Source of the DNA: Paramecium tetraurelia
Lineage: Eukaryota
Assembly (NCBI GenBank): GCA_000165425.1
Contig: CT867993.1
Location: forward strand, 248,001-302,836
Reading direction: 5' to 3'
Length of the DNA stretch: 54,836 bases
Each line of letters begins with the position of its first letter. Within the stretch, counting starts at the first letter, position 1. Positions 13,901 to 26,076 of the stretch are shown here, piece after piece. Both the position numbers and the translations under genes were made by a program. The notes under the pieces are model-generated. The model ran no database searches and was not told where the DNA came from. It saw nothing but the letters and a program-made list of their open reading frames with translations.

Positions 13901-16900
13901 TGGTGGACTTCGTCTAAAGATTTTCACATAAGCCTCCTGAAGAATAATAATAATTATTAGATAACAATAGTTCTGTCTTTAAAGATTTTGCTAAAAGTTT
14001 AAGTGGTTCTAAGGACAAAACTGAACAAGAATCCTATAACATTCCTTAATGGATTCAAGTCATAAAAGATTTACTAGATAATAGAAATTTATTCAAAAAT
14101 TTCAATAATAATGTGATGTTGGTATTTGTAGAAATTTCTTTGATGTAGGAACCAAAAATGGTTGAAACAGCCTTATAATTATTTAATAGAATGCTTGGTT
14201 AGAGAAGAGAGTTAATTAAACATTTCTCTTAGATTGTTTTATTATCTAAAAATTGTTAAAAAAATGTCAAAGAACTGATTAGCAAATGCATTCAGATCAG
14301 ACAACGTTTAGAATAATTGAGTGATAAAAATGTTTATACAATTACAAAAGAGAATTAAAGTACTTCAAACATATAAGTTGATGAAATAATTGAAGATCTC
14401 AATAAGCTGTGTGTTTCATTGAAATTGCAGAGGTTTACAAGTCAGGTTGTTCAAATTTCATTGGCTTTTAATGAGTGCGAAGAGAACGACAAAACAAATC
14501 AAACTTTATTTAAAGCATTGGATATGCATCAAACATTAGTTACTTACATTTCTGGAGCAGATGAAATCAATCCATATTTGTAGGGATTATTGAATTCTTG
14601 TTATAAATTCTTGACTCTTTTCATTTGGAATCATGCAACCAATAAGATTGAAATAAAATGGCCTTTAAAATAAATTTATTTTCATTTACAATACAATTCT
14701 TGTTGCATTGACTTTGTAAGAGAACTATATCATAACAATAAAGAGTTGCTCTACAATGAAAACGAAGTATCTGTGGCTATTAAGTCTATCATTCAATAGA
14801 TGAATAAGGAAAAGCCAGATAGCATGTATAGGGTCAAACTGTTTGATTCCCTAAGAGTTTTCTTGTATGATCATAATAAGACAATCAAATTCAATCAATT
14901 GTAAATCCTAGCCTTGCTTCAGCAGAAGTAGAATAGGAATTTAATCTACGTTCTCAATGACTTATAGTCTGAATTTTCAATGGATTCCATCAGCAAGCCA
15001 GAAACTCCATTGATGAAATCAAAGGTGTGGGATGCTGAGAGTTTTCACGAATTAATTGATGACTATAGTGCTAATTATGAGAAGATGGAGGAAACAAAAT
15101 TGTTGCATATCCAACCTCAATTATAATACATGGTGATACATTTTGAAATTTTCAGTTTGTTGGTTGAAGATCAGTATAAATATTCATATATTTAGTAATG
15201 TAATTAACTAAGAGAAATGTCGAGTCATGCATCCTTACCATTCCCTATTATATTTGATGAAAAACTCTTATCAAAGCAATTGTTGGCCATTGCAGCACTT
15301 CCTGAGAAGTTACATGAATCGTCTTTACTATAATAGTCAAATGGAATTAATAAGTTAACTGTGTATTTAGGAAGATTTGGAAGTAAGAGTCAAATTATAA
15401 TTAGATTATCCGACATCAGCTGGATCAAATTCTATTACTGAAGGGCTGCAATTATATCAAGCAAGTTTAAATTGTTGATGGTGTTAGATTTTAGTTCATG
15501 TTCTCATATATCTTTGCTTGTATGCAGGAGATATTGTATTCGATCAACCTATTGTTTCTTAATGATAATTTTCTATCTGAGTTGGAAGCATAATTGGGCA
15601 AAGATGTCGAGAGTCTCAGAATCCATTAATTGCTATTCAAGATTGCAGGTCACTTAGTTCAGATTTAAAAAATGTGGTTTAAATCAAGTCACATAACTCA
15701 TTTGTGTTAGGTTCTGATAAACATCATGAAAATAGTGTTTAGAACATTCGACATTAGTGTATTATTGAGATTGGAAAAGATGTTCAATGGAAATGTGAGT
15801 GAACCACAAACTCCTTTAAAATAGAACGAAATTTAAGAGCAGGAAAAGGAGAATCTTCAAACTGATTAGAACGAATAGAATGAACAAGATGGCATTATAA
15901 ATAGATTGCTGATTGTAACTGAGACAAAGTTATCGCAAGATGAAAAGATTCAATCTAATCTTTAACAAACATTAAAGAGGATCTTCCATTTGAAATCCAA
16001 AAAGAGACTGTCCATAATCGAAGAACCTGACAATAATGCAGAACTAAACATTAGGTTGATGAAGTTGATTAAACTATTCAGTGAGAATGAAGAGTTTTAG
16101 GGATTCATTGAATAGGAGTTTAATTCATTATGTGGTGAATTCACAAAAATTGACGAGTTCTCTTTGACAGCCTATCAAACTTAATATCCAGCAATTACTT
16201 TGGAAGAGTTCTTAAAGAATTTAATATAGATGAATATCACTCATCAATTAAATGATGATTTAAGAAGCTACTTCTTAAAAGTATTAACAAGAATGATTAG
16301 TGAAAAGAACCCAAATATCAACAGTCAAGATGAATAGGCCAAGTTGGCAATAGATGAATGGGAACCTGAATTTTGGAGTGATTCCAGATAATAGATCTAG
16401 GAGATACAATGTTTTTTGGCGGGATGTGGAGCAGCTCAATTGATTTATGAAATGTTCAAGGAGAACTTTGATGATAGATGGGAGTTATTTAATTAGTTAT
16501 TAATATTTTCAAATGCATTTCTATTGGGAGGCAATACCAAATGCTAAGATTCTCTGCTGTAATTATTGAAATAGGATTCCTCGAATTAGATGATGAGCAA
16601 TTTGCAATAATCTATTCTTAAGTTTAGCAAATTTGTTAATACTAATTTCAAGATTTAGAAGACCAAATTTTAGAAAGACAAGCAAAACCCCTTTCTTTCA
16701 ATCGTTTATGTGGATAATTTAACACAATTCAGTGAGAAGACTGAAACCTTAAAAAGGTCTTTGCCTTCTGCCATAGAGAGTTAAAATACAATTAAGAATA
16801 GATAATTATCAATTAAAGTGATGTGGAGAGCATTCAGAATGTTGCAATTGATGTGTGAGAATAATAATGTTCAGATGAAGAACTATCTACGAGAATAAAC

Positions 16901-18842
16901 TGATAAGGAAGATTCAGTTCATATCAACAGTATTAATTTTATTGAGTTTGCTACCAAGGAGTTGAGAATATTGTTGAAGATATTGAATAAGAATGTAGTA
17001 TCAATTACTTAACAAATAGTGGATTTTATAAATGAAGTCATTCAATTGCCATGCTTTTTAAATCAAGTCACTCTATGTAAATCAACATATATGGAAGATG
17101 TATGTTTTACATTTGAAACCTTTTAAAAAGAGGAAAGCCAATTAATTCAAAGGGAACTCCATACTCCAGAAGAACAGGATGAGTTATTTGAATTATAAGC
17201 AAAGATTATTCAATCAATTATGTTGGTTTTAGAAGGGAATAACCATAAAAACTATGAGGAATTATAATAGAAATTGGACTCTAGGTTTTTGGTTAATTTC
17301 ATTAAATTGATTGTTTAGAAGGTGGGCATCGAGAAGATATTTGATTTTAAGAAGGAAGCTAGATTCTCTGATGAGATACAATAAATGTTGAATGTATTCA
17401 TAATAAAGGAGAAAATAGAATATGTTAGTAAGGATCAAAAGTGGGTGAAGCATTTTAAGTAAGAATTTGAGAGCAATCCAACTTTAAAAGATATTTAGAC
17501 TATGTGTTTGAATAATTTAAGAAAGATTGAAATTTTCTATGAGAATGAATATCAAATGGTGTTCTTCCCTGCTCATCCAGTATTTCAATTTTTGAGTGAT
17601 GAAACCAGAGATAAAATAATGTTCAAAATACCAAGAGACACACAGAGAAAGAAGTTGATATCTCTTCTTGAGGAAATGGATATGATTTTTAGGGAAATCA
17701 GTTACAATTTTAGTTTATAAAATTGGATTTTACCAATAACCCATAAGACAATTCAACTATTAATAAATATCTCACAATTATTGTCATTATTTATTAATAT
17801 TTTTATGATATATGCATATGCAGTTATGATAAAAGACAAGCAATCAACATTAGTAACAGATGACTACGAGGAGGCAACATTGTTTATTTTATCCTTATTG
17901 CAATTTAGTTTCAGTTTGTGTGCATGTACATTTTACATAATAAGCAGAGCATCATTGGAATTCAAGAAACTTAAATAAGAGTAATTCTCTTTGACTTAAA
18001 TTCACTCTTATATAATTTAAAAGATATCCAATTTCATTATTGTTTTCAAAGGAGAAGATTTCCTGTCTCATATATCATTTACTGCAATTGCATTTTTAGG
18101 GTTAATTTCAAATACATATTACTTTTCGTTGCATTTGTTCTATTTATTTGGATAATTATCATTATTGCAAAGTGTGTTTTAGGCAATATCTCACAATGCA
18201 AAATAACTATCTTTGGTAGCTTTGCTTGGAGTGTTGTTTTAATTTGTATTCAGCATAGTGGGATTCAATAATTACGTGGATGACATATATCCTGAACAAG
18301 TGGAGGATCCTTGTCACAGTCTCATCAGCTGTATGATAACCTTGATGACTTCTGGAGTGATTGGTAGTTCGATGTCATAATGGGATCCCTTGAAGTTCAT
18401 CTATGATACAGTTTACTTCGTGTTCTTTGCACTATTGTTCACCAATATAATCTCAGGTATAATGACTGACACATTTGCACAATTGAGAGATCAAAGAACC
18501 CAGATAGAAGATGATAAGAAAAACAAATGTTTCATTTGTGGAATTGATAGACAAACCCTCGAAAAGCAGCAAGAAGATTTTGAAGAGCACATAAAGAGTA
18601 AGCATTTCTTGTGGAATTACGTGTTCTACATTTATTGTCTCTAGAATAAGGATTCCACAGAATACACTGGATTAGAGTACTGGATAATGGATAAGGTGTA
18701 ATCTGAAAGTGTTAGTTGGTTTCCGATTAGATCTGAGGATGAAGATGATCGTACTAAACAGATTGAGTTATTATAATAAAAGATAGAAGATCTGGCATAG
18801 TAATTAAAGACTTAGTTGTTGCAGCAATAGATTGAAGAATGA
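10976..18842 (+). CDS. Inositol 1,4,5-trisphosphate receptor / ryanodine receptor-type Ca2+-release channel (Paramecium CRC family), ~2,570 aa
   Basis: N-terminus MNNLRYGQIVRIQGD..NFRESLFQVLPK (IP3R suppressor-like); RIH-associated motif FRMLQLMCENNNVQMKNYLREQ; TM region; C-terminus FTNIISGIMTDTFAQLRDQR..KNKCFICGIDR..FEEHIKSKHFLWNYVFYIYCLQNKDSTEYTGLEYWI..WFP. Several short introns; TGA 18840-18842. Confidence 0.92.
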
Positions 18843-18940
18843 ATAATTTTAGTATACAATTTTAAGAATGAATTCGAATATATAAACTTTGAAGGGAGTA
18901 AAAAAAATTATAAAATATTTTGATAATATTAAAATATAAA

Positions 18941-20160
18941 ATGTTTCTGAAGAATATGTTTAAGAAACAATCTCGATTTGAGAAGCATCTATTCGAGGGT
19001 ACGATTTATGATAATTCGGAAACAGTTGATTTAGATGATATCAAGAAAATGCTATAAGGTAAGTATTACTGATTAAAAAGGCTATCCATCAAAAGAAGAA
19101 GAGGATCAGTTAGTCTAGAGCATGACGATTGTTCAAGTGTTCAAGGAATTCATACGACTTATACCATCGCAATTAGAAACCCCTAAAAAATTGAAAGTAT
19201 TATTGACAATCCATGTCTTAATGGGTGATATCAAACATGGCAGATTGTTTGTGTAATAATTCCTTGGATGGATTGGATGGCAACACACAGATTAGAAGGA
19301 TGCTTTGAGTAAGTTCTCTTCTGTGTAGACAATGATCATCCAAAAATTAGCATTGATAAGTGAAATTATCCAAAGGAGTAAATTGAAATCCAACATTAAT
19401 ATTTTATGTAATTTCATGTGAATTATAATATTATAGTCAAGGATATCGATTCCAATGTAATGCAATTTTATAAAATGATCAATGCTCTCAATCTAATTTT
19501 AGGATAACAAGAAGTAAACAAATTATTTTGACATAAGTTTTACGCATAGGTATTTTCTACTTAAAGCAGAATTATAGTGATGGAAATCTATTTGTTATTG
19601 TGGAATGACGTTATTGCACTATTTTTAATGTTGGAAAGGTAATTCCATATCATATTCTAGTTCATAGGTTTGTACGATAATTCTTAGATTGTTATTAACA
19701 AATGGATTAACAGTAATCTATCCAAGTTTACGAACTATTCAATGAATATATCAAACTAACACCACAAGTCAAACGATTTGCCTAATTGTGTGTATTCTTT
19801 AAAAATTGCAATATCAATGAACCTAAGTGGTATCAACCAACAAAAAAAGAAATAGAAGAATTACAAATTTACTTTCAGAATGTCAAAATTTATCTGACTA
19901 GTAGATCTAAAAGACTGAAACTTGAGAAGTCAAGTCCTCAACCCAAAGGAAGTTGTCAAACAACTGGAAGAGATCTGAAAAAATCCTAATCCCAATCCTA
20001 AATAATTCCGAAAGGGGATTTAAAACAGCAATAGGATAATTATTTATCCAATACTACTATGGGTTATGCAAAAAGGATATATTAGGGAAATAATGCATCT
20101 TAAGCTATTTAATACACATTTGAGAGTGATTGCTTAACTGCAGATGTTATTAAATAATGA
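18941..20160 (+). CDS. ANTH/ENTH-like domain protein
   Basis: MFLKNMFKKQSRFEKHLFEGTIYDN...KKLKVLLTIHVLMGD matches the ANTH 'LK.L..IH.L' helix pattern. About four short introns (e.g. 19059-19080); TGA 20158-20160 in frame with track ORF 19786. Confidence 0.6.
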
Positions 20161-20424
20161 ATGATTATATAATTATTCCATTTAATTTCGTCTAATCTAA
20201 ACCTATCTATTTAATAATTTCTTAATTAAATATCATCATACGTAATTTTATTATAACATAATACTCGCCAAATTACTTGATCAGCTTAACAAACCAATTT
20301 AAGAGTATTATGATATTAATTTTACGAATTATAAATGTATATATAAATAATATGTATTATGCATTGCCATTACGACATGAATTTCAATTCATATTCTAAA
20401 TTTGATAAAATAATTTAATTATTA

Positions 20425-22016
20425 ATGGAATCTAGTACGAATCAAGCAAAAAAATACTCTTACAACCATCTCCTAGTTGGTTTAGTTGCTCTGCTTTTCT
20501 CACCACTCCTAACCATATTGTATTTGCTATTCTCCCCAATCACTATACCTACGACATTCATCCTCTATCACTTTTATAAAGTCCAAGTAATTTGCCTATT
20601 TATCCTTAGATTAAGCAACATTTAAGTGAACTTTATTAAAATGCAAATACCATTGTCCAAAATGGCTTGAAAGAGTATGTTGTTCCAGCTTACAATGCTG
20701 CCAAAACAAAAGTAACCTTAATTTTCATATAAATCAGATTAATGAGATTGTGGATCTTTTGTTCTCATGGATCTTAAAAAGAAAGGAATTTTTCTTCAAA
20801 GTCTTCAACGATGTTAACACCTATTTTTTGGATTACCTCAACGTTGTTACAACCTATTTGATGGATTACCAATATATCAAATCACTAGTTGAGTATCTAT
20901 AGGCAGGAAAAGCAATTGTATAAGCAATTAATTTATATTAGATATGCGATTCCTAGAACATCATTTGGATTATTTTGAATCAAGCCCAAGTGAAAGTTTT
21001 AAACAATAAATTTGTGGTAATTCAATTACAATATATTTTAATAGAAATATATTATATCATTTTACACTACTTATCTAAATCCGATTTGCAGATATTTCCT
21101 ATCCAAAACTGGTATGGTCTAAGTTTATGAATTGATCAAAACTGGTGTATTCTATATTTAGGAATTAATCAACTAAAATGTCTTACCAATTCCAAAGTAC
21201 TTTAAATCTTTTATATTTTCTAGAAATAAAATTCAAATCATTGGATATGCGATTTTGAATGAATCAGGAAAAACAATTTAGAATTTAAATCCAGAACAAG
21301 AAATCGATAGATACAGAATCCAATTGCACCAATATGCAATTACTCAATTCTGGAAGATCAAAAACTTCAAGGGCTAATCGATTTTAGAACTTGAATGTGG
21401 AGATGCAGTTGGTCTATCCTATATCACTTAAGCATACGAACCTCAAAGATGTTTGGGTGTTGATTCCTCAGAATTCAGAATTTAAGAGAATCTCAAGTTG
21501 TACAGCGAATTAGAAAATTTGAAATTCGAAACTAGAAGTCCCCTTGAAATAGGAGCTCTGTGTGCTCCAAATACATTCGATGTGATTTTGGGTTTAGAAT
21601 TAAAGAAAAAGGAAGCATTCAGAAACATCGATTTCAAGAGGTAGTCCAATTATCATAAATTGTTAGTTATATTAAAATAGTGAGTACATTGCTTAAGGAT
21701 GATGGATACTTGATCATTGGAGATTATGACACACAAGAGGAAATTTAGAAGCTTCAAGAGGAGATCTCAGCGAATGGGTTGGTGATTACTGAGAAGAATG
21801 ACTTTACTGTAGGAGTTACATAGGCTATGAAATTATAGATTAGGAACATTAAATAAACAGCTAGACAAAATGGAGGATATCGTATAATTATCAAATTATA
21901 AAATAGTTGCTAAATTCTTGAGTGAAAGATTGAGGCCAAATGAAAAATTATTGTAACAATTAAAGGATAGATAATAAATCTACATGGTGTATATTCTTAA
22001 AAAGGCAACACTCTGA
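20425..22016 (+). CDS. Class I SAM-dependent methyltransferase-like protein with N-terminal hydrophobic hairpin
   Basis: N-terminal LLVGLVALLFSPLLTILYLLFSPITIPTTFILY; C-terminal EIDRYRIQLHQYAITQ..KGQSILELECGDAVGLSYITQAYEPQRCLGVD..TFDVILGL..LLKDDGYLIIGDY (motifs I, II, III). Many short introns; TGA 22014-22016. Confidence 0.75.
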
Positions 22017-22322
22017 ATTATAAATTAAATTCATATACAAGCATAAATTTAAATTACCAATTTCTTATTCTTCCATAACTAATTGAGAATTATTAAAAGT
22101 ATTAAATAAAATTAGAAGTATTAAGAAATTTAATTTGTTTACGAAATTCGATTATTATTCTTTTCATTAGTATATTATCATTTAGAATGGAGTCTTTCGA
22201 TTGTATCTCTTCAGTAATTACTTCTAAACTTATATTTCTGATTATTCTCCATTTGCACAAAGAAACTGTGATTAGGATTTATCAAATTAACTTCAATTGA
22301 TTGTCTTTGAATAATAATTATT

Positions 22323-23032
22323 ATGAATCATATAGCAAAAGATAACTTGATTGATCTGAACTCAAAATTAACAGATGAAAATTAAAGACTTTCACTGCTT
22401 GTCTACAGTCTTCAACGATAACTAGAGAAAGCAGCAGTTTAAATTAACTATGTTTAATCATTAGAGGAAAAGTTCGAAATAGTCTCGTTTGAACTGACAT
22501 AGCTAAGAAGAGACAATCAAAACTTATAAGAACAAATCTATCTTGTTAGTTAATCATCAATCTCAAAGGATAAAGAACAGGCTTTTCAACAAGAGATAGA
22601 AAGTGTGAAAACATAGTATGAATAGAAGTTATCGGTGTTGCTTAGAGAGAATAAGAGACTCAATCATATAAATAAGGATCTGTAGAATAAATAGATTAGC
22701 AATTTAGAGACCCAAACCTCAAAATTAATGGAATTGAGTGTTGAATTAAAAAATAAGTTGGAGAGTTTAGGATAACAACCTCAATCGTTGAATTCGTCAA
22801 TAATGGCTCCAAAAGTGCTCACCAAGCAGATTTATGACAACCTAATATAATAATTGTCATAGAGTAGCGGAGAAGAGAAGACTTTTCGTACAACTCAGTA
22901 CTTAATTTACTTAATATTAGACCAAAGAGATTGCCAGTTTTGTAATTCAAAGAAACTAAATAGCCAAGTAACATTAGCCAAAAAAATTTGGCAGCCATTC
23001 CTTTTATTTCGAATATAAATAGTGTTAAATGA
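22323..23032 (+). CDS. Hypothetical coiled-coil protein (start uncertain, may extend to ATG 22187)
   Basis: Open code-6 frame MNHIAKDNLIDLNSKLTDENQRLSLLVYSLQRQLEKA...; probable intron 22898-22920; TGA 23030-23032. Confidence 0.55.
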
Positions 23033-23119
23033 AAATATAAATACACATACTATCTTAAATCTATAGATTGATTAATATTCATTAATTATTTTCAAAACGC
23101 ACTACAATAAATTTTATTA

Positions 23120-24128
23120 ATGTAAATGTAATAAGCCCCACCTGTATAATTTGAAAAATGCCCCAAACATCCTCAAAATGACATTGTGCTCTTCTGTTTA
23201 TCAATTGAATGTAAAGAGGTATGTATTTGTGTTATACCAACTTTCTAGCCTCTATGCAAGGATTGTTGCAAACTACATGTTCATTGGCACAATCAATAGG
23301 GGACCTAAGCCAACTTAGATACAGTGGATAATGTTAGACAATAATTACTGACAGATGTACATGAAATGAAGCATCGATTTGAAGAGTAGAAATATCATAT
23401 ATATATATACATTAGAGAAAGAGCTATTCTTCATCATTTTAGTGATAGTGAGTAATCTGAAGCCGTGAAATAGTTGTAAAATAAACTGTAAAAAGTCAAA
23501 TAAACTCTTCTTGCTGCAGTACATGAATACTGTCATTAATTGGAAGAATAAGTAAAGCAGCGTATCCACTTACATAGAGTAATAAATTGAATCTAATTTG
23601 TAGTAATCACATCCTGGAGAAAAGAAGGAACTTCATCAAAAATTGAATACAATCATCAATAACTTAGATCAATAGGAAAAGATGTTGTTACAACCTAAAT
23701 ATATAAGAGGTTGCTTGATGGTTATGAGTGAAGAATAGAATCACGACTTTGATTAGATTGCATTTGATGTTGACAATGCTCTAAAACATTACCTATCTAA
23801 TGCATTCGATTTGGTTATTTCAGAAGATAAATTGGTTCGAATAGTCTAGTCATTCAATGAGTATGTAGAAATACAAGAAGTGAATCTAAGGGAAGAATTA
23901 GACCATTATACTAGAAAAATTAGGGATAATAAGAAAAACCCTCACGAACCTCTCAATAAATAATTCAATTCAACTTCTTAGAAATAATTATAACCAAAAG
24001 AGTCTAAATTAATGCAATCCATCTATGACGACAAATTCAGACCGACATTCCAACCAGGCGCATCATAATATAGACCCAATTTCAACGACAGCAAGGCTGA
24101 TTAAATCATGTCAAAGTTTTATCATTGA
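23120..24128 (+). CDS. B-box-type zinc finger + coiled-coil protein
   Basis: CPKHPQNDIVLFCLSIECKE[intron gtatg..tctag]PLCKDCCKLHVHWH followed by coiled coil; TGA 24126-24128. Confidence 0.75.
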
Positions 24129-24174
24129 AATAAAACACTAATTTTTATATTAACAGACATCTATAATTTAAAAT

Positions 24175-24811
24175 ATGTATATAAATACTTCGCACACTCC
24201 AGACAAAAAAAATTCTTATCTTACTAAATTTAATAAGAAGAGAATTCAAACAACAGACAAAGAAAACAAGTAGATCTAATCATTATTATATAAGAATTCA
24301 AAATCTGAGCAATCTAAGCAATCTAAGCACAAATGATGATTGCAAATCCTATTGCGATAATGTTGATTATTATCGGCATGAAAATCAGGAACTTAAGAAA
24401 CTAGTATTTTAATTGAAATTCGAAATGTAAAGTGTTTACAAATTTTATAGGAAATCTCAATTGGAATCTTGTTTGATTGAGTAAAAACATAACTTAAAAT
24501 CTGTTGTTTAAAAATATTAATCATTTATTGATGAGATGATGACACAGAAAAATCAAGTTAGTGCAGAATGTGATGATTGGAAGCAGAAATGCGAATAACA
24601 ATAATAAATAATTGAATAATAGAGATTATAAATTTATAATCAATCTTACATTATACAATAGAATTTATTGACAATACAAAATATTTAACAAGAATTTCAA
24701 TAGGAATCAATACAGAACCAAATGGAAGTTCAATAAATTATGAATTTAAAAGATTAAACAATTGATGAATTGCACTAAATTATTTAACATCATCAATAAT
24801 AATAATAATGA
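24175..24811 (+). CDS. Hypothetical Q-rich coiled-coil protein
   Basis: MYINTSHTPDKKNSYLTKFNKKRIQTT.., intron 24270-24294, ends ..IQHHQQQQQ* at TGA 24809-24811. Confidence 0.6.
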
Positions 24812-24833
24812 AAATAGCAATATATAAGCCAAG

Positions 24834-26066
24834 TCAATTTACTTTATTGTCATTTGAAAACTCTCCAACATATTCTGAACCATCAGCTCCTTTAAATTTT
24901 CCTTTACCATTCATTTTATCAAACCTCCATTCTCCCTCATAATAATCACCTATGCTCCATGAATATTTACCAAATCCATGTCTCATTCCACCCAACCAAT
25001 AACCTAAATTGTAAATCTAAAATCATTACCATCGTAAGTATCTCCATGTGCAAAATAGTAGATTCCCTTGCCAGACTTCTCACCTTCCTTCCATTCTCCA
25101 ATATATTTATCTCCATTGGCCATGTAGAGTGTACCATTCCCCTACCTTTTATCATTAGCCCATTCACCTTCATATCGATCTCCATTTGAAGCAACATAAA
25201 CTCCATATCCACTCTTCACATTTTTGCTATACATGCCTTCATATTTATCACCTGATGCATAGAGAAAGAGCCCTTACCCTTCCCTTTCATCATTCACCCA
25301 ATTGCCCTCATATCTAGATCCATCAGCCATAGTATATACGCCATAACCATGCTTCAACCCATCATTCCATTGCCCTTCGTATTTGTCATTGTTAACATAT
25401 ATCATAGTTCCCTATCCGGTTGCTTTGTCACTTGCAAACTAACCCTCATATCTTGCTCCAGATGCAAACTCCACAGTTCCTCTACCCCATTTGAGTCCTC
25501 GCTCCCAAAGCCCATCATATCTATCTCCAAGAGAGTAGAGGTAGACTCCTCTTCCATGTCTTTCTCCATATTGCCATTCGCCATCGTAAGATTCCCCTTA
25601 CAAGTAATAGGTATATTTGCCTTTTCCATGTTTCAAATCATTGATCCATTCTCCGTTATACATATTACCATTGGCATAATAATAGATTCCAACTCCATGC
25701 TTTTTGCCATTCAATAAATGCCCCTCATATCTTTCTCCATTATTGAACAGATAAACGCCTTCTCCATTGAACAGATCGTTAGACCACTGTCCAATGTACC
25801 TAAAAACAATCACCAATAAAATTACACATCTCCATTTGGGAATAAGTATTTTCCTACTCCCTATTTATTTTGCTTTTCATTCATCTATCCATTATAGGTT
25901 GCTTGGTCTGCATATTATGCTGAGCGTGCTTATTCTTCACCTAAGAATTTTTATTCAAACGAGGTTATCACTAAAAGTGGAATAGAGATTATATACATCT
26001 CTTGCGTTCCTCCATCAACTTCTCCTATATCGAGCTAGTAATATTTTAGGATGCTGTCGTTATCAT
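24834..26066 (-). CDS. MORN-repeat protein
   Basis: Tandem MORN motifs, e.g. YIGQWSNDLFNGEGVYLFNNGERYEGHLLNGKKHGVGIYYYANGNMYNGEWINDLKHGKG, continuing to GEFSNDNKVN*. Several short introns; start could be the ATG at 26015. Confidence 0.88.
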
Positions 26067-26076
26067 GATTAAATAA

